Shown one piece after another: positions 21,257-31,067 of a DNA stretch of 64,000 bases (the first letter of the stretch is position 1; every line of letters begins with the position of its first letter). Made by a program: the position numbers and the translations under genes. The notes under the pieces were generated by a model. The model was not told the DNA's origin and ran no database searches. It saw nothing but the letters and a program-made list of their open reading frames with translations. Source of the stretch: Polyangiales bacterium (GTDB lineage Bacteria > Myxococcota_A > Polyangia > Polyangiales > Ga0077539); NCBI GenBank assembly GCA_044229975.1, contig JBGARZ010000004.1:96001-160000 (forward strand), written 5' to 3'.

Positions 21257-21305
21257 GTTGACCTCACTGCTCAACTCCATGGGTGTTGGGATGAGGGTTC
21301 AGCCC

Positions 21306-21537
21306 GCTGTGGGGCTGGGGTTTGGGCGTTGGCCCGCACCCCAGGCAATAACAAGCAGGCGCCCCGGACATTGTCCGGGGCTGTCGAACCGGAACTCGTT
21401 CAACCAAACGGTGAATGGCCTGGTGGTCACTCTGGAAGGTCCATCGCGCTCCGGTCCGATAGCCCCGGACCATGTCCGGGGCGCCTGCTTGTTATTGCCT
21501 GGGGTGCGGGCCGACGCCCAAACCCCAGCCCCACAGC
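21306..21537. repeat. Long palindromic REPIN-like element, family B
   Basis: ~80-bp inverted arms, each with internal hairpin GCCCCGGAC.ATGTCCGGGGC-like; single arm fragment at 28805-28839. Confidence 0.85.
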
Positions 21538-21568
21538 AGGTTGCATCCACATCCTGGTGCCTTTGGGG

Positions 21569-22780
21569 GTGAGTTCCTTCATCGCAGCCAGCCGCCTGCT
21601 CGCCAGCACACGCGACGTCATCGACGAGCGCTCCGAAGGCGCTGCCCCGCCCGCGTGGTGTGTGCGTCGGGGGTGGGTTCCGTTTCTCGCGGCGCTCGAC
21701 GACGAGGCCGTGCATCGCATGGAGCGCGACGGCCTCGCGGCTCACCTCGACGGCGCACCCGACGACCTCGTCGCGCTCGCGCGGGCCGTGGTGCAGGTGA
21801 CGACGCTCCCGTCGCTCCCGGCGGTGGCGTCGGCGGAGGTCGCGCGACGGCGGGCGTCTCCGCGCAAGCAGGCGCAGGTGGCGGCCTTCGCGACGCTCGT
21901 CGATCGACTCGGCGCGCGCGCATCGAGGGTCGTCGACCTCGGATCAGGCCACGGACACCTCACGCGCCACCTCGCAAGAGAGCTCAGGGTGGAGGCCGAA
22001 GGATGGGAGCGCGACCCGGCGCGGGTGGCGGTGGCGTCGGCGTTGGTGGGCAGTGAGGGCGCGCGCTTCGAGACGGTGGACGCGTACGGGGCCGCGGCGC
22101 GGCTGCGGCCGAGCGACCTCGTGGTGGGGTTGCACGCGTGCGGCGCACTGGGCGACCACGCGGTGACGGCGGCGGGCGAGGCCGGGGCGTCAGTGGCGAT
22201 CATCGGGTGCTGTCTGCAACGGCGGGTGGGTGACCGCGCAGCGCTGGCGGTGGCGGAGGGCGTCGAGGCGGAGGCGCTCACGCTGGGTCGCGCGGTGCTG
22301 GGCATGGGCAACATGCGCGACGGCGAAGAGGGGGTCGAAGCGTCGCTGGCGGTGCGAACAGCGTCGCGGGTTCATCGGCTGGCGTTGCGGCGGGTGCTGG
22401 CGACGGCGGGGCTGGTGGTGGCGCCGGGCGAGGAGATGCACGGGGTCAACCGGCGGCGCGCGACGGGGGCGCTCGATGAGCTGGTGGCGCGGGTGTTCGC
22501 GGTGCGGGGGTTGGCAGTGCCGTCGGCGGAGGTGATCGCGGAGGCCGAGCGGGAAGCGCGCGCCGACCACGAGCGGGCGCGCCGATGGGAGCTGCCGCGC
22601 GCGATGCTCTCGCGGCTGGTGGAGGTGTGGGTGGCGCTCGACCGCGCGGCCTCGCTGGAGCGTCGCGGGTATGCGACGGAGGTGCTGACGGCGTTTGACG
22701 CGTCGGTGAGCCCGCGCAACGTCGCCGTGCTCGGTTGGGCACCCGACGCGCGCGGGAGTGGCGCCTCACGGCCCGGTTGA
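21569..22780 (+). CDS. SAM-dependent methyltransferase (Methyltransf_32/METTL25-like)
   Basis: DLGSGHGHL, VGLHACGALGD, IGCC, SPRN; GTG start chosen downstream of the palindrome. Confidence 0.8.
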   Translation: MSSFIAASRLLASTRDVIDERSEGAAPPAWCVRRGWVPFLAALDDEAVHRMERDGLAAHLDGAPDDLVALARAVVQVTTLPSLPAVASAEVARRRASPRKQAQVAAFATLVDRLGARASRVVDLGSGHGHLTRHLARELRVEAEGWERDPARVAVASALVGSEGARFETVDAYGAAARLRPSDLVVGLHACGALGDHAVTAAGEAGASVAIIGCCLQRRVGDRAALAVAEGVEAEALTLGRAVLGMGNMRDGEEGVEASLAVRTASRVHRLALRRVLATAGLVVAPGEEMHGVNRRRATGALDELVARVFAVRGLAVPSAEVIAEAEREARADHERARRWELPRAMLSRLVEVWVALDRAASLERRGYATEVLTAFDASVSPRNVAVLGWAPDARGSGASRPG

Positions 22781-22877
22781 GGCGGAAGGGAGAGAGAGCC
22801 AACACCTCACCGCTCTGCCCGGCGTCGAGCACGGTGGCGCCCGCCGCGATCGGCTCACGACACCGGAGGCCGTCCCG

Positions 22878-24596
22878 ATGCAGAGTCGGCCGATGCCGCC
22901 GTTGCAGTTCGTTCCGAAGCGGGAGTTCTGGTTCGTCTCGGCCTTCGTCAACTCCGCCGCGGTCGACCCGCACGCGTGGGCCCGCGAGCTCGGCGCGCTC
23001 GTCGAGCACCGGCTCCACGAGCTCACCCCGGCAGACCTCCCCCGCATCGCGTGGGACCCCGACCTCGTGCAGCGCACCGTCGCGATGGCCCGCTCGGCGC
23101 GCGCGACGGCCTCGTGGAACCCCTACCTCGACGGCTTCCCCTACTACGAAGAAAACGCTGGCCTGCCCTTCAACAAGCTCGGGTACTTCGAGATCGAGGT
23201 GACCTACTTCCCCGACGCGCCGGAGCGCCGCCGCGAGATCGAGCCCCTGATGGTCCAGCAGCCGCCGACGGTGGTGCTGGAGCGCTTCCGCGAGCGCTCG
23301 GCGATGAAGTCCCACGGCCCCGTGCGGCTCGACCTCGCGTCGCCGGTCTACGTGCTCACCGTGACCGACGAGGCCCTGCCCGAGGCGCCGCCGTGGACGC
23401 GCGCCGCCGTCGACGAGCACAAGCGCTCGCTCGGCCCGTGGATCGAGATCTACTCCGGCGCCTGGCCCGACTACACCGAGGACCTCTTCGACGCGCGGGT
23501 GCGGCACAACCTCTCCAACCGCCTCTCCGAGCTGCACTTCCTTCGGCGCAACTCGGGCTTCGTGTACATGGCGCCGGACAACCTGCGGCGCTTCTTCGAC
23601 GGGTACATGCGGCCCTTCGTGCTGGCCCCGACCGCGCAGCTCCGCGCGATGCACTACGCGCTCATGTCCATCAACGAGTCGCTGGACATCCTGCTGATGC
23701 GCGAGGCGCGCGAGGACTTCGCCGAGCCCGCGCACATCGACGCCAAGCTCCGCAACCTGCGCGCGCTGCGCGGCACGCTCCACATGAAGATGAGCGAGAT
23801 CTACGCGGAGGTCGATCGCAACCACCGGCAGCACTACACCGCGGTGCTGACCCACCTGCTGCGGGAGTTCGCGCTCGGGCCGGAGGGGATCCTCGCGCGC
23901 GTCGCGGAGAAGTTCGACGCGCTCAACGACTCGATGCACCGGCTCTACGAGCGCAAGGGGGCCGAAGTGCAGGAGCGCACCCGCAGCGGCCTCGCCACGC
24001 TGGGAACGCTCTTCAGCCTCGGCGTGCTGTCGGACTTCGCGGCGCTGATGCTGGGCACGCGCACCGGGCTGCTGCGCCACGACCTCGTGACGGGCGCGGT
24101 CAACGGGGCGTTCTCCGCGGTGCTGCTGGTCGTGCTGGTGCTCGCGCTCGTGTCGCACGTGCGCCTGCGGCTCGCCGGCGCGCGCGCGCAGACGGTTGCC
24201 GCCGCCGACGCCGTGGTGCTGGACGGCGCGCGCCGCGTGCTGCTCATCACCCGCAAGACGCCGCCCTGCCGGGGCCAGCTCGCGCTGCCCGGGACCTGGG
24301 TGCCGGGGGGCGTCGAGCCCGAGGAGGCGCTGCGCCGGGCGGTCAAGGACGAGACCAACCTCGACGTGGTCGTCGAGCGCAAGGTCGGGGTCTACGACGC
24401 GCCCGAGCGTGACCCCCGCGGGCGCGTCGTCTCGCACGCGTACCTCTGCCGGCTGGCCACGGAGACCTACGAGATCCGTTGTCACGAGGACGCCGGGGAG
24501 GCGCGCTTCGTTCCGCTCGCCGAGCTCGACGGCGTCGACCTCGCGTTCGACCACGAGGACATCGTCGCGGACGTCACGCGCATCGTCCGCGCGTAG
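22878..24596 (+). CDS. CorA-like helical/2-TM membrane protein fused to a degenerate Nudix domain
   Basis: GGAGG RBS; long helices then two TM segments; C-terminal ADAVV..LLITR..LALPG..RDPRGRVVS..LAFDH Nudix fold. Confidence 0.75.
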   Translation: MQSRPMPPLQFVPKREFWFVSAFVNSAAVDPHAWARELGALVEHRLHELTPADLPRIAWDPDLVQRTVAMARSARATASWNPYLDGFPYYEENAGLPFNKLGYFEIEVTYFPDAPERRREIEPLMVQQPPTVVLERFRERSAMKSHGPVRLDLASPVYVLTVTDEALPEAPPWTRAAVDEHKRSLGPWIEIYSGAWPDYTEDLFDARVRHNLSNRLSELHFLRRNSGFVYMAPDNLRRFFDGYMRPFVLAPTAQLRAMHYALMSINESLDILLMREAREDFAEPAHIDAKLRNLRALRGTLHMKMSEIYAEVDRNHRQHYTAVLTHLLREFALGPEGILARVAEKFDALNDSMHRLYERKGAEVQERTRSGLATLGTLFSLGVLSDFAALMLGTRTGLLRHDLVTGAVNGAFSAVLLVVLVLALVSHVRLRLAGARAQTVAAADAVVLDGARRVLLITRKTPPCRGQLALPGTWVPGGVEPEEALRRAVKDETNLDVVVERKVGVYDAPERDPRGRVVSHAYLCRLATETYEIRCHEDAGEARFVPLAELDGVDLAFDHEDIVADVTRIVRA

Positions 24597-24606
24597 GGGA
24601 GGAGGC

Positions 24607-25720
24607 TCACACCTCATCCGCCGAGAGCGACGAAGCCGACCGACCGATCAGCGCCTCAGCTTTGGGCCCGGACGGAGCGCGCAGCGGAAGCCCATGCGGG
24701 AGCGACCCGCCGAGCCAGCGACAGAACGCCGCCGCCTGCCCCCAGTCGACGCAGTTGATGGGGTGCTCGCGGCGGTCGTAGCGTCCCGCGTTGCACGCGC
24801 CCGTGGCGATGCCGCGGGTGGACGCCTGGTCCGCCGACGAGCAGGAAGCCTCCCGGACGCAGCGCTGGTACGCCGCCGTCGTGACCTCCGTGCAGTCCAT
24901 GCAGTAGGCGCTCAGGTGCACCTGACGCTGCGGGTACTCGTGCATGCTCCCCGTGTTCCCGGCGGAGCCCATCATGAAGGTCGCCTTGGGGATGTGCACC
25001 ATCCCCTCGGGGCACGCGGGTGCCTGCGCCACCACCGGCTCCGCCTCGGCTTCCGCGTCCACCACCGCGTCCCCGGTCGCGGCCGACGGCTCGGGCGTCG
25101 CCGACGGCGAGCCGTTGATCGACACCGCGACCACCCCGACCACCGCGACCGCGACCGCGCCCGGCGATATCTCCGAGCAGCTCGTAGACGTTGTACTCGC
25201 CCTCGGGGACGTTGGCGCTCCGCCAGTAGTGGCGCCCCGTCAGCAGCCAGAACGCCAGCAGCCCCAGCGACCAGACGTCCGTCGGCGGGCCCACCGTCTT
25301 GCCCGCGGCACCCTGCTCGGGGGCGAGCCAGTGCGGTGAGCCCACGACGGTGGTGAGCGTCGCTGAGGCCCGGCCGTCCTTCACGATGCGGGCGATGCCG
25401 AAGTCGAGCTCCTTCACGTCGAGGTCGGCCCCGACCGTCTTCGAAGGGCCGACCATGACGTTCTCGGGCTTGAGGTCGCAGTGGACGACGCCCGCCGCGT
25501 GGGCGGCACCGAGTGCGTGCCCGACCTGCTCCAGCACCGAGTGCGCGACGGCGGGGCCCGCCACGCCGCGGGCCTTCACGAAGGCCGCGAGGCTCTCGCC
25601 CTCCACGAACTCCATCGCGATCCACGGCGTCTGCGTCCCCTCGTCGACGCCCGCGGCCACCACCCTCACGACGTGGCTGCTCCGGATCCGCCCCGCGACC
25701 CGCGCGTCCGCTTCGCTCAC
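24607..25720 (-). pseudogene. Fragmented Ser/Thr kinase-FGE-sulfatase (SUMF1) fusion
   Basis: Kinase HCDLKPEN, DFG, APEQ, DVWSLG without Gly-loop or VAxK; truncated FGE part (CPEGMVHIP..FMMGS..EVT..HPINCVDW) in another frame. Confidence 0.75.
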
Positions 25721-25819
25721 GGTTACTACCAGACGACCATCAACGCGACCGTGGTGGCCCCCTGAATGGGGCGCCGGGTAGTGTCCGAGTTTGAGTCGCA
25801 GTGTTCCCGGTTGAGAACC

Positions 25820-26066
25820 CGCCGCGTCCACACCGGAGTTCACCGTGCCGCCCCCGCGCCCGTCACGCTCGGTTCACTCCACGGCTACTTCACGCGGATC
25901 GCCCCGCCGAAGCGGGGCTCAGGAGGCCCACCTGAGGGCATTCGATCGTCCCTGGGTAGAGGCACTGAGCCCCGCTTCGGCGGGGCGATCCGCATGAAAT
26001 AGTCCGGAGTGAACCGAGCGTGACGGGCGCGGGGGCGGCACGGTGAACTCCGGCGTGGACGCGGCG
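25820..26066. repeat. Long palindromic element related to family A
   Basis: ~100-bp inverted arms; shares TGAAATAGYCCGGAGTGA core and CCGGAGTTC/GAACTCCGG motifs with family A. Confidence 0.85.
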
Positions 26067-26364
26067 AGCTGTCCTGCTTTGGATGCGTAGGAGAAATCGG
26101 TGTCCTCAGGACACCACCGGGCGCCCTCGTCGGTTGACGCTCGCCCCGGCGTGGAGAGACCCTCACACCGTGCCGTACCGCGTCGCTCCGCTGCGCCGCC
26201 CCGGAGGGCCGCGCCCCGATCGAGGTCGATGGTTCGCGCTGCTCGGGGTGTTCGCCGGTGCGGCCGTCGGGCCGTTCGTCCTCCGCGAGCGTCGACCCGG
26301 CGCGCGGCCGGTGTGCATCCGACAGCGGCCGCCGCCCGCGCTCACTGAAGCGCACCGGTGAGCC

Positions 26365-27453
26365 TCAGCGCATCGCGTCCGCCGTCGGGAGCGCTCGCGC
26401 GAGCCACTCCTTCACCAACGCGTGTCGCGTGGCGGCGTCGCCGCTGCGTTCGAGCAGCGCGCGCAGGTCGGCGCCCGTGAGCGCGCCCATCAGCACCGCC
26501 CGCATCGGGTCGGCGCCCAACGCCTGATGAACGCGCTTGCGCCCATCACGGTCGAGGGTCTTTCCACCGAGCACTTCGGACGACCACGCGTTCAAGCGCG
26601 CGATCAGCGTGTCGAGCGCGCGTCCATCGAAGGGCTCTTCATCGGGCGTCGTCGCCTCCGTCGGTCGCGCTGGCAGCGAGGGAGCGCCGCCCCACTCGTC
26701 GAGCACCGTGACCTCTCCCTCCGCCGGAATCTCCACCAGCAGAACAGACCCCCGATAGGCGACCTTGTTCAGTCCGACGGTGCGTACGCCTGCGATGACG
26801 CGCTCGGTGCGCGCGTGCAGGTGTCCGGTGAAGCACACGCGCGGTCGAAGCGCGGCGACGAGCTCGGACTGCCCCTCGCCGACGAGCGTCCAGGTGCGCG
26901 GCTTGAACCCGGGCGGCGCGTGGAGTTCGCTGAACGTCCCCGCCGGAGGCTCGTGCAGGAGCAGCACATCGAGCCGCTCGGTCGCGCGGGCCTTCAGGCG
27001 TTCGAGGTCGGCTTCGACGTAGTGGCGGCGCGCCCACCCCGAGACGCGGACCTTTTCGTAGTCGCGCGGGCCGTAGCAGCCGCCGATGCCACCGACGCGC
27101 AGGGTCTCTACCCCTGCGCGCACCTCGGTGACCTCGCCCCATGGGAGAAACCAGAGGTTCTCGATGAGCTCGTTGGAGGAGCGCGCGGCGAGGTAGTCGA
27201 AGTCTTCGTGGTTGCCCGCGATGAAGATCGTCTTGCGCGGCACGCGCCCGGCGCGAAGCAGTCGGCGAAAGCTGCCGTCCTCGCCGTGCTTCTGCGTGGC
27301 GTCGTCGAGGTGATCGGGGTCGGGCCACACGCCGAAGTCTCCGACGTGCAGCACGCAGGCGACCTCGCGTCCGGCCTCGCGCTCCAGCGCGTCGACGGCC
27401 GCGTACATCTGATCAAATTCCCCGTGGGCGTCTCCCACCGCACAAACAAGCAT
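26365..27453 (-). CDS. Calcineurin-like metallophosphoesterase resembling lariat debranching enzyme Dbr1
   Basis: GDAHG, GDFG, GNHE, LLHEPP, GHLH motifs. Confidence 0.85.
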   Translation of the reverse strand: MLVCAVGDAHGEFDQMYAAVDALEREAGREVACVLHVGDFGVWPDPDHLDDATQKHGEDGSFRRLLRAGRVPRKTIFIAGNHEDFDYLAARSSNELIENLWFLPWGEVTEVRAGVETLRVGGIGGCYGPRDYEKVRVSGWARRHYVEADLERLKARATERLDVLLLHEPPAGTFSELHAPPGFKPRTWTLVGEGQSELVAALRPRVCFTGHLHARTERVIAGVRTVGLNKVAYRGSVLLVEIPAEGEVTVLDEWGGAPSLPARPTEATTPDEEPFDGRALDTLIARLNAWSSEVLGGKTLDRDGRKRVHQALGADPMRAVLMGALTGADLRALLERSGDAATRHALVKEWLARALPTADAMR

Positions 27454-27487
27454 TCGCGTGCGGTGGTAGCTCCCGTCGAGGGCAGGT

Positions 27488-27886
27488 TCAAGCGCGGCGG
27501 GTTCGTGTCCCTGTTCGGGTGGTGGTGGCGCCCTCGACCCGCAGGATGCTCTCCATCTTCTTCCCCTTGGCGAGCTCGTCGACCAGCTTGTCGAGGTAGC
27601 GGATCTTCTGCATCAACGGGTCGGCGACGTCCTCCACGCGCACGCCGCACACGAGGCCCTTGATGAGCCCGACGTTGGGGTTCATCCGAGGCGCGTTGGC
27701 GAAGAAGGTCTCGAAGTCGGTCTTGTCGTCGAGGACGCGCTGAAGCTGCGCGCCCTCGTAGCCGGTGAGCCACGCGATGACCTCGTCGACCTCGGCCTTC
27801 GTGCGCCCCTTCCTCTCGGCCTTCTTCACGTAGAGCGGATACACGCTCCCAAACGACATCGTGTAGATGCGGTGCTTCTTGTCCAT
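27488..27886 (-). CDS. DUF2200 family protein
   Basis: [23 protein letters not shown]...WLTGY...[15 protein letters not shown]. Confidence 0.9.
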   Translation of the reverse strand: MDKKHRIYTMSFGSVYPLYVKKAERKGRTKAEVDEVIAWLTGYEGAQLQRVLDDKTDFETFFANAPRMNPNVGLIKGLVCGVRVEDVADPLMQKIRYLDKLVDELAKGKKMESILRVEGATTTRTGTRTRRA

Positions 27887-27986
27887 GCGCGTCGGATCAC
27901 CGATAGCAGCGGGCGCAAGTCGGCACCAAGATCGTGTCCGCGCGGGGATCTCACGATGCCGGCCGACCGCGGCGTACGATCTCGGG

Positions 27987-28751
27987 ATGCGTGATCGAGA
28001 CGGCAAACAGATCCTGAGGCTGCCGCTCTTCACCCGATCGCCGAGCACCATGAGCGCGGTCGAGCTCGCGATGGCTGCGGTCGAGGACATCCACCGCGTG
28101 AAGCTGGTGCTCGCGGAGTTCGATCGCGGTGGCCGGGTACCCGACGCGGAGGCGGCCGCCGTCGTGATCCGCGCGCACGAGGAGGACAGCATCGAACCGT
28201 GGTGGGCCGCGGCGCTCCTCGGGCGCATCGGACACCCGAGCGGGTACGCGGTGGCGCTCGCGATCCTCGGGCCAGAGTCGGGGCGGGCGACGTCGTTCTA
28301 CGCAGAGGAGGCCGTCGCGCGGTTGGGCGGTGCGGGGGGCGCGGTCGACCTCCTGCCGTGGCTCGACGAGGAGCCCGCGGAGCGGCGCCAGGCTGCCGTG
28401 CGGACACTGGGCCTGGCTGGTGCTCGCGATGCGTTGCCGATGATCTGTGAAGCAGCGCTCGCGGGGCGTGTCGGGTACCGCAGTGCGTGGGTCGCGCTGG
28501 TGACGCTCGACGTGGACGACGCCACGGTCGCGTCGTGGCTGCGGTCGGAGGACAGCGCCGCGGTCTACCTCGGATGCGAGGTGGTGTTCGAGCGGCTGGA
28601 GCGGAGGCCGGGGACAGCGTGGCGACGCGCGGCGCGACAGCCCGGGAGCGAGCTCGCGCCGTGGGTTCGCGCGGCGTGCGGGCGCGCGGACGTGAAGCTG
28701 CTGCGGTACGAGCGAGAGGCGCTGATGACGTGGGCCGAGCAGGCGCGCTGA
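27987..28751 (+). CDS. HEAT-repeat protein
   Basis: [27 protein letters not shown] repeats; TACGAT 6 nt before the ATG. Confidence 0.6.
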   Translation: MRDRDGKQILRLPLFTRSPSTMSAVELAMAAVEDIHRVKLVLAEFDRGGRVPDAEAAAVVIRAHEEDSIEPWWAAALLGRIGHPSGYAVALAILGPESGRATSFYAEEAVARLGGAGGAVDLLPWLDEEPAERRQAAVRTLGLAGARDALPMICEAALAGRVGYRSAWVALVTLDVDDATVASWLRSEDSAAVYLGCEVVFERLERRPGTAWRRAARQPGSELAPWVRAACGRADVKLLRYEREALMTWAEQAR

Positions 28752-28804
28752 GCGCCGCGGAATGGGACTGCGCGTCGGTTGGGGGTGGCGCAGCCCGTTG
28801 TGCC

Positions 28805-28839
28805 GGCTGGGGTGCGGGCCAACGCCCAAACCCCAGCCC
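28805..28839. repeat. Single REP-like hairpin (family B arm fragment)
   Basis: GGCTGGGGTGCGGGCCAACGCCCAAACCCCAGCCC, nearly identical to the arm end at ~21500-21531; lies between convergent genes. Confidence 0.75.
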
Positions 28840-28896
28840 GCGCGCCACACCCAATCGACGCTCATTGCACGCCGCGCGCGATGCGCTGCTCCCTCT

Positions 28897-30366
28897 CTAA
28901 TCCGCCAGCACCATCGCGATCGGCGGCAGCTCGCCCTCCGTCCAGCGCGCGGCGAGGAAGCGCCGCACCTCGTCGACGTCGAGCGTCTGCTTCGCGCGCG
29001 GCGACAGCGTGAGCTCGGGCTGCTCGACCCACTGCGGGTGGGCGACGCCCCGCGCGCTCACCTCGCGCACCGCCGGGTGCTCCGCCGCGAGGCGCGCGAG
29101 CGCCGACGTATCCACCCACTGACCGCCGCAGCGCACGAGCGGCTTGCTCCGTCCCGTGAGCCGCAGCGAGCCCCGCGCGTCGCGCACACCGAGGTCGCCC
29201 GTGCGGAGCCATCCCCCATCGCTCCAACGATCGGGCGTCGCACCCAGCGAGACGTACGCCTCGGCCACCCACGGACCGCGCAGTTGCACCTCGCCCTCGC
29301 GCTGCGCGTCCCACGGGAGCTCATCGCCCCCGTCGCCCACCACCCGCATCTCCATCAACGGAACCACCCGCCCCTGCGCGCTCTCCCCGAGCGCCGCGCT
29401 CGCGAGCGGGCCCGTCTCGGTCATCCCGTACACGTGCAGCACCTCGATCGCGTGCGCCGCGAGCGACGCCAGCAGCGACGGCGGCGCGGCGTTGCCACCT
29501 GCGAGCAGACGCAGCCCGCGCGGCAGTGTCGGCCCTTCAGGGTGCGCGTCGAGCTCCCCGGCGAGGGCCACCCAGGTGCTGCTCACGCCCGCGGCGAAGG
29601 TCACCGCCTCCGCGGCCATCACCTCGCGCAGTCGCGCTGGTGGCGTCGCAGGGTCGATCAGCACCATCGCGTGTCCGAGGAGCGCGAGCGTGTGCGGCAG
29701 CCCGCAGCCGTTGGCGTGGTGCAGCGGGAGCGCGGGGAGCACCACGTCGCGCCGCCCGAGGCCGAGCCCGTCGACGGTCGCGCAGGCCATCGCGTGCAGC
29801 ACCAGCGCGCGGTGCGAGTACACCACGGCGCGCGGCAGGCCGACGGTTCCGGCTGCCTCGCACATCACGGCGGGGCGCGCCTCGTCGTCGGCGAGCGCCA
29901 CGGTGGCTTCGGCGCCGAGCGCGCACAGGTCGTCGTAGCGCCACGCACCCTCGGCGTCGGCGTCGACGAGCACCAACGTGGTCACGCCCGCCTCGTCGCA
30001 GAGCGCGCGCGCCAGCGCGGCGTGACGAGCGTCGGCGAGGAGACAGCGGTCGCCAGCGCGGCGCAGCGCATGGACCAGCGCCTCACGCGGCGCGCGCGGG
30101 TTGAGCGGGTGCAGCACGAGCCCGGCAGACGGAACCCCCCACAGCGCCTCGATGTGCGCGCGGCTGTTGTCGAGCAGCGAAGCAACGACGTCGCCTTCGG
30201 CCAGGCCCCGCGCGCGGAGCCCACGACCCAGCGCGAGCGCTCGCCCGGCGACTTCGTCGAGGCGGTGGGCGTGGCGCGTTCCGTCGGCGGCGTAGACCAC
30301 CAGCGACCGGGCGCCGTGCTCGCGCGCCGCGCGCTGAACCAGCGATGTCAGGGTGAGCGCGCTCAC
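28897..30366 (-). CDS. AMP-dependent synthetase/ligase-like protein with degenerate motifs
   Basis: YGMTET, RGPWV, GWLRTGD, GRSK present; P-loop reads CEAAGTVGLPR; no C-terminal catalytic Lys motif; GTGA overlap. Confidence 0.8.
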   Translation of the reverse strand: MSALTLTSLVQRAAREHGARSLVVYAADGTRHAHRLDEVAGRALALGRGLRARGLAEGDVVASLLDNSRAHIEALWGVPSAGLVLHPLNPRAPREALVHALRRAGDRCLLADARHAALARALCDEAGVTTLVLVDADAEGAWRYDDLCALGAEATVALADDEARPAVMCEAAGTVGLPRAVVYSHRALVLHAMACATVDGLGLGRRDVVLPALPLHHANGCGLPHTLALLGHAMVLIDPATPPARLREVMAAEAVTFAAGVSSTWVALAGELDAHPEGPTLPRGLRLLAGGNAAPPSLLASLAAHAIEVLHVYGMTETGPLASAALGESAQGRVVPLMEMRVVGDGGDELPWDAQREGEVQLRGPWVAEAYVSLGATPDRWSDGGWLRTGDLGVRDARGSLRLTGRSKPLVRCGGQWVDTSALARLAAEHPAVREVSARGVAHPQWVEQPELTLSPRAKQTLDVDEVRRFLAARWTEGELPPIAMVLAD

Positions 30367-31067
30367 AGCGCCTGCTGGACGGAGGCCGCGCGGGCGAGGA
30401 GCCGTCGACGGTATGCGTCGGTGTCGTCGTCGAGCGTCGGGAGATGGCGTCGGATGAGCGCGGTCGGCACGGCGCCTTCGCGCACGAGGAGCGGGCGCTC
30501 GAAGGTGAGGTCGACGATGGTGTTGGCCGCGGGAACATCGGACGTAGCGTGCGCGCCGCCGTCCACGGCGAGGGCGACGTGCGCGCCGAGGTCGGCGAGG
30601 GCGTGGGCGAGGGTGACGCGGCCGCTGGCGTTGCCCGAGAGGTTGGCGGAGCTCGACGCGAGGGGCCGACCCGCAGCGCGCGCGAGGGCAGCGTAGAAGG
30701 GCTCCGAGGTCACGGTCACGGCGAGGGTGCGAAGCCCGCACGTGAGCCGCTCGGGGAAGGGGTGCGACTGCCGAAACACGAAGCACACCTCGCCCGGCCA
30801 GAGCGCGCGCATGGCCTCCCGGTTGAACCACTCGGGCACGTGCACATAGCGGTCGACGCTGTCGGCGTCGGGGAGGCACAGCGGTAGTGGTCCCAGCTTG
30901 GTTCGCTGCTTGGCGCGGAAGATCGCCTCGACGGCGGAGGCGGAGTCGGCGTCGCAGACGACGTTGTAGTTGGTCGCGTGCGGAACGATCACGAGCTCAC
31001 CGCGGTCGATGGCCGCGAGCGCGGCGGCAAGTGCCTCAGGGCCCGCGGGGTACACCGGAGCGGTCAC
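30363..31067 (-). CDS. YrdC/Sua5/TsaC-family paralogue 2
   Basis: G.LVIVPHATNY, IFRAKQR, LWPG, SSSANLSG, TIVD; GTGA overlap. Confidence 0.85.
   Translation of the reverse strand: MTAPVYPAGPEALAAALAAIDRGELVIVPHATNYNVVCDADSASAVEAIFRAKQRTKLGPLPLCLPDADSVDRYVHVPEWFNREAMRALWPGEVCFVFRQSHPFPERLTCGLRTLAVTVTSEPFYAALARAAGRPLASSSANLSGNASGRVTLAHALADLGAHVALAVDGGAHATSDVPAANTIVDLTFERPLLVREGAVPTALIRRHLPTLDDDTDAYRRRLLARAASVQQAL

Noticed and set aside
21329..21568. N-terminal extension of the methyltransferase ORF
   Set aside because: Runs through the palindromic repeat; real start is more likely GTG 21569
22740..22870. Possible riboswitch upstream of the CorA-like/Nudix gene
   Set aside because: Purine-rich and potentially structured, but I could not match a known aptamer consensus; needs an Rfam scan
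26083..26361. Small ORF with one hydrophobic stretch
   Set aside because: No motif and weak coding signal; cannot support it as a gene
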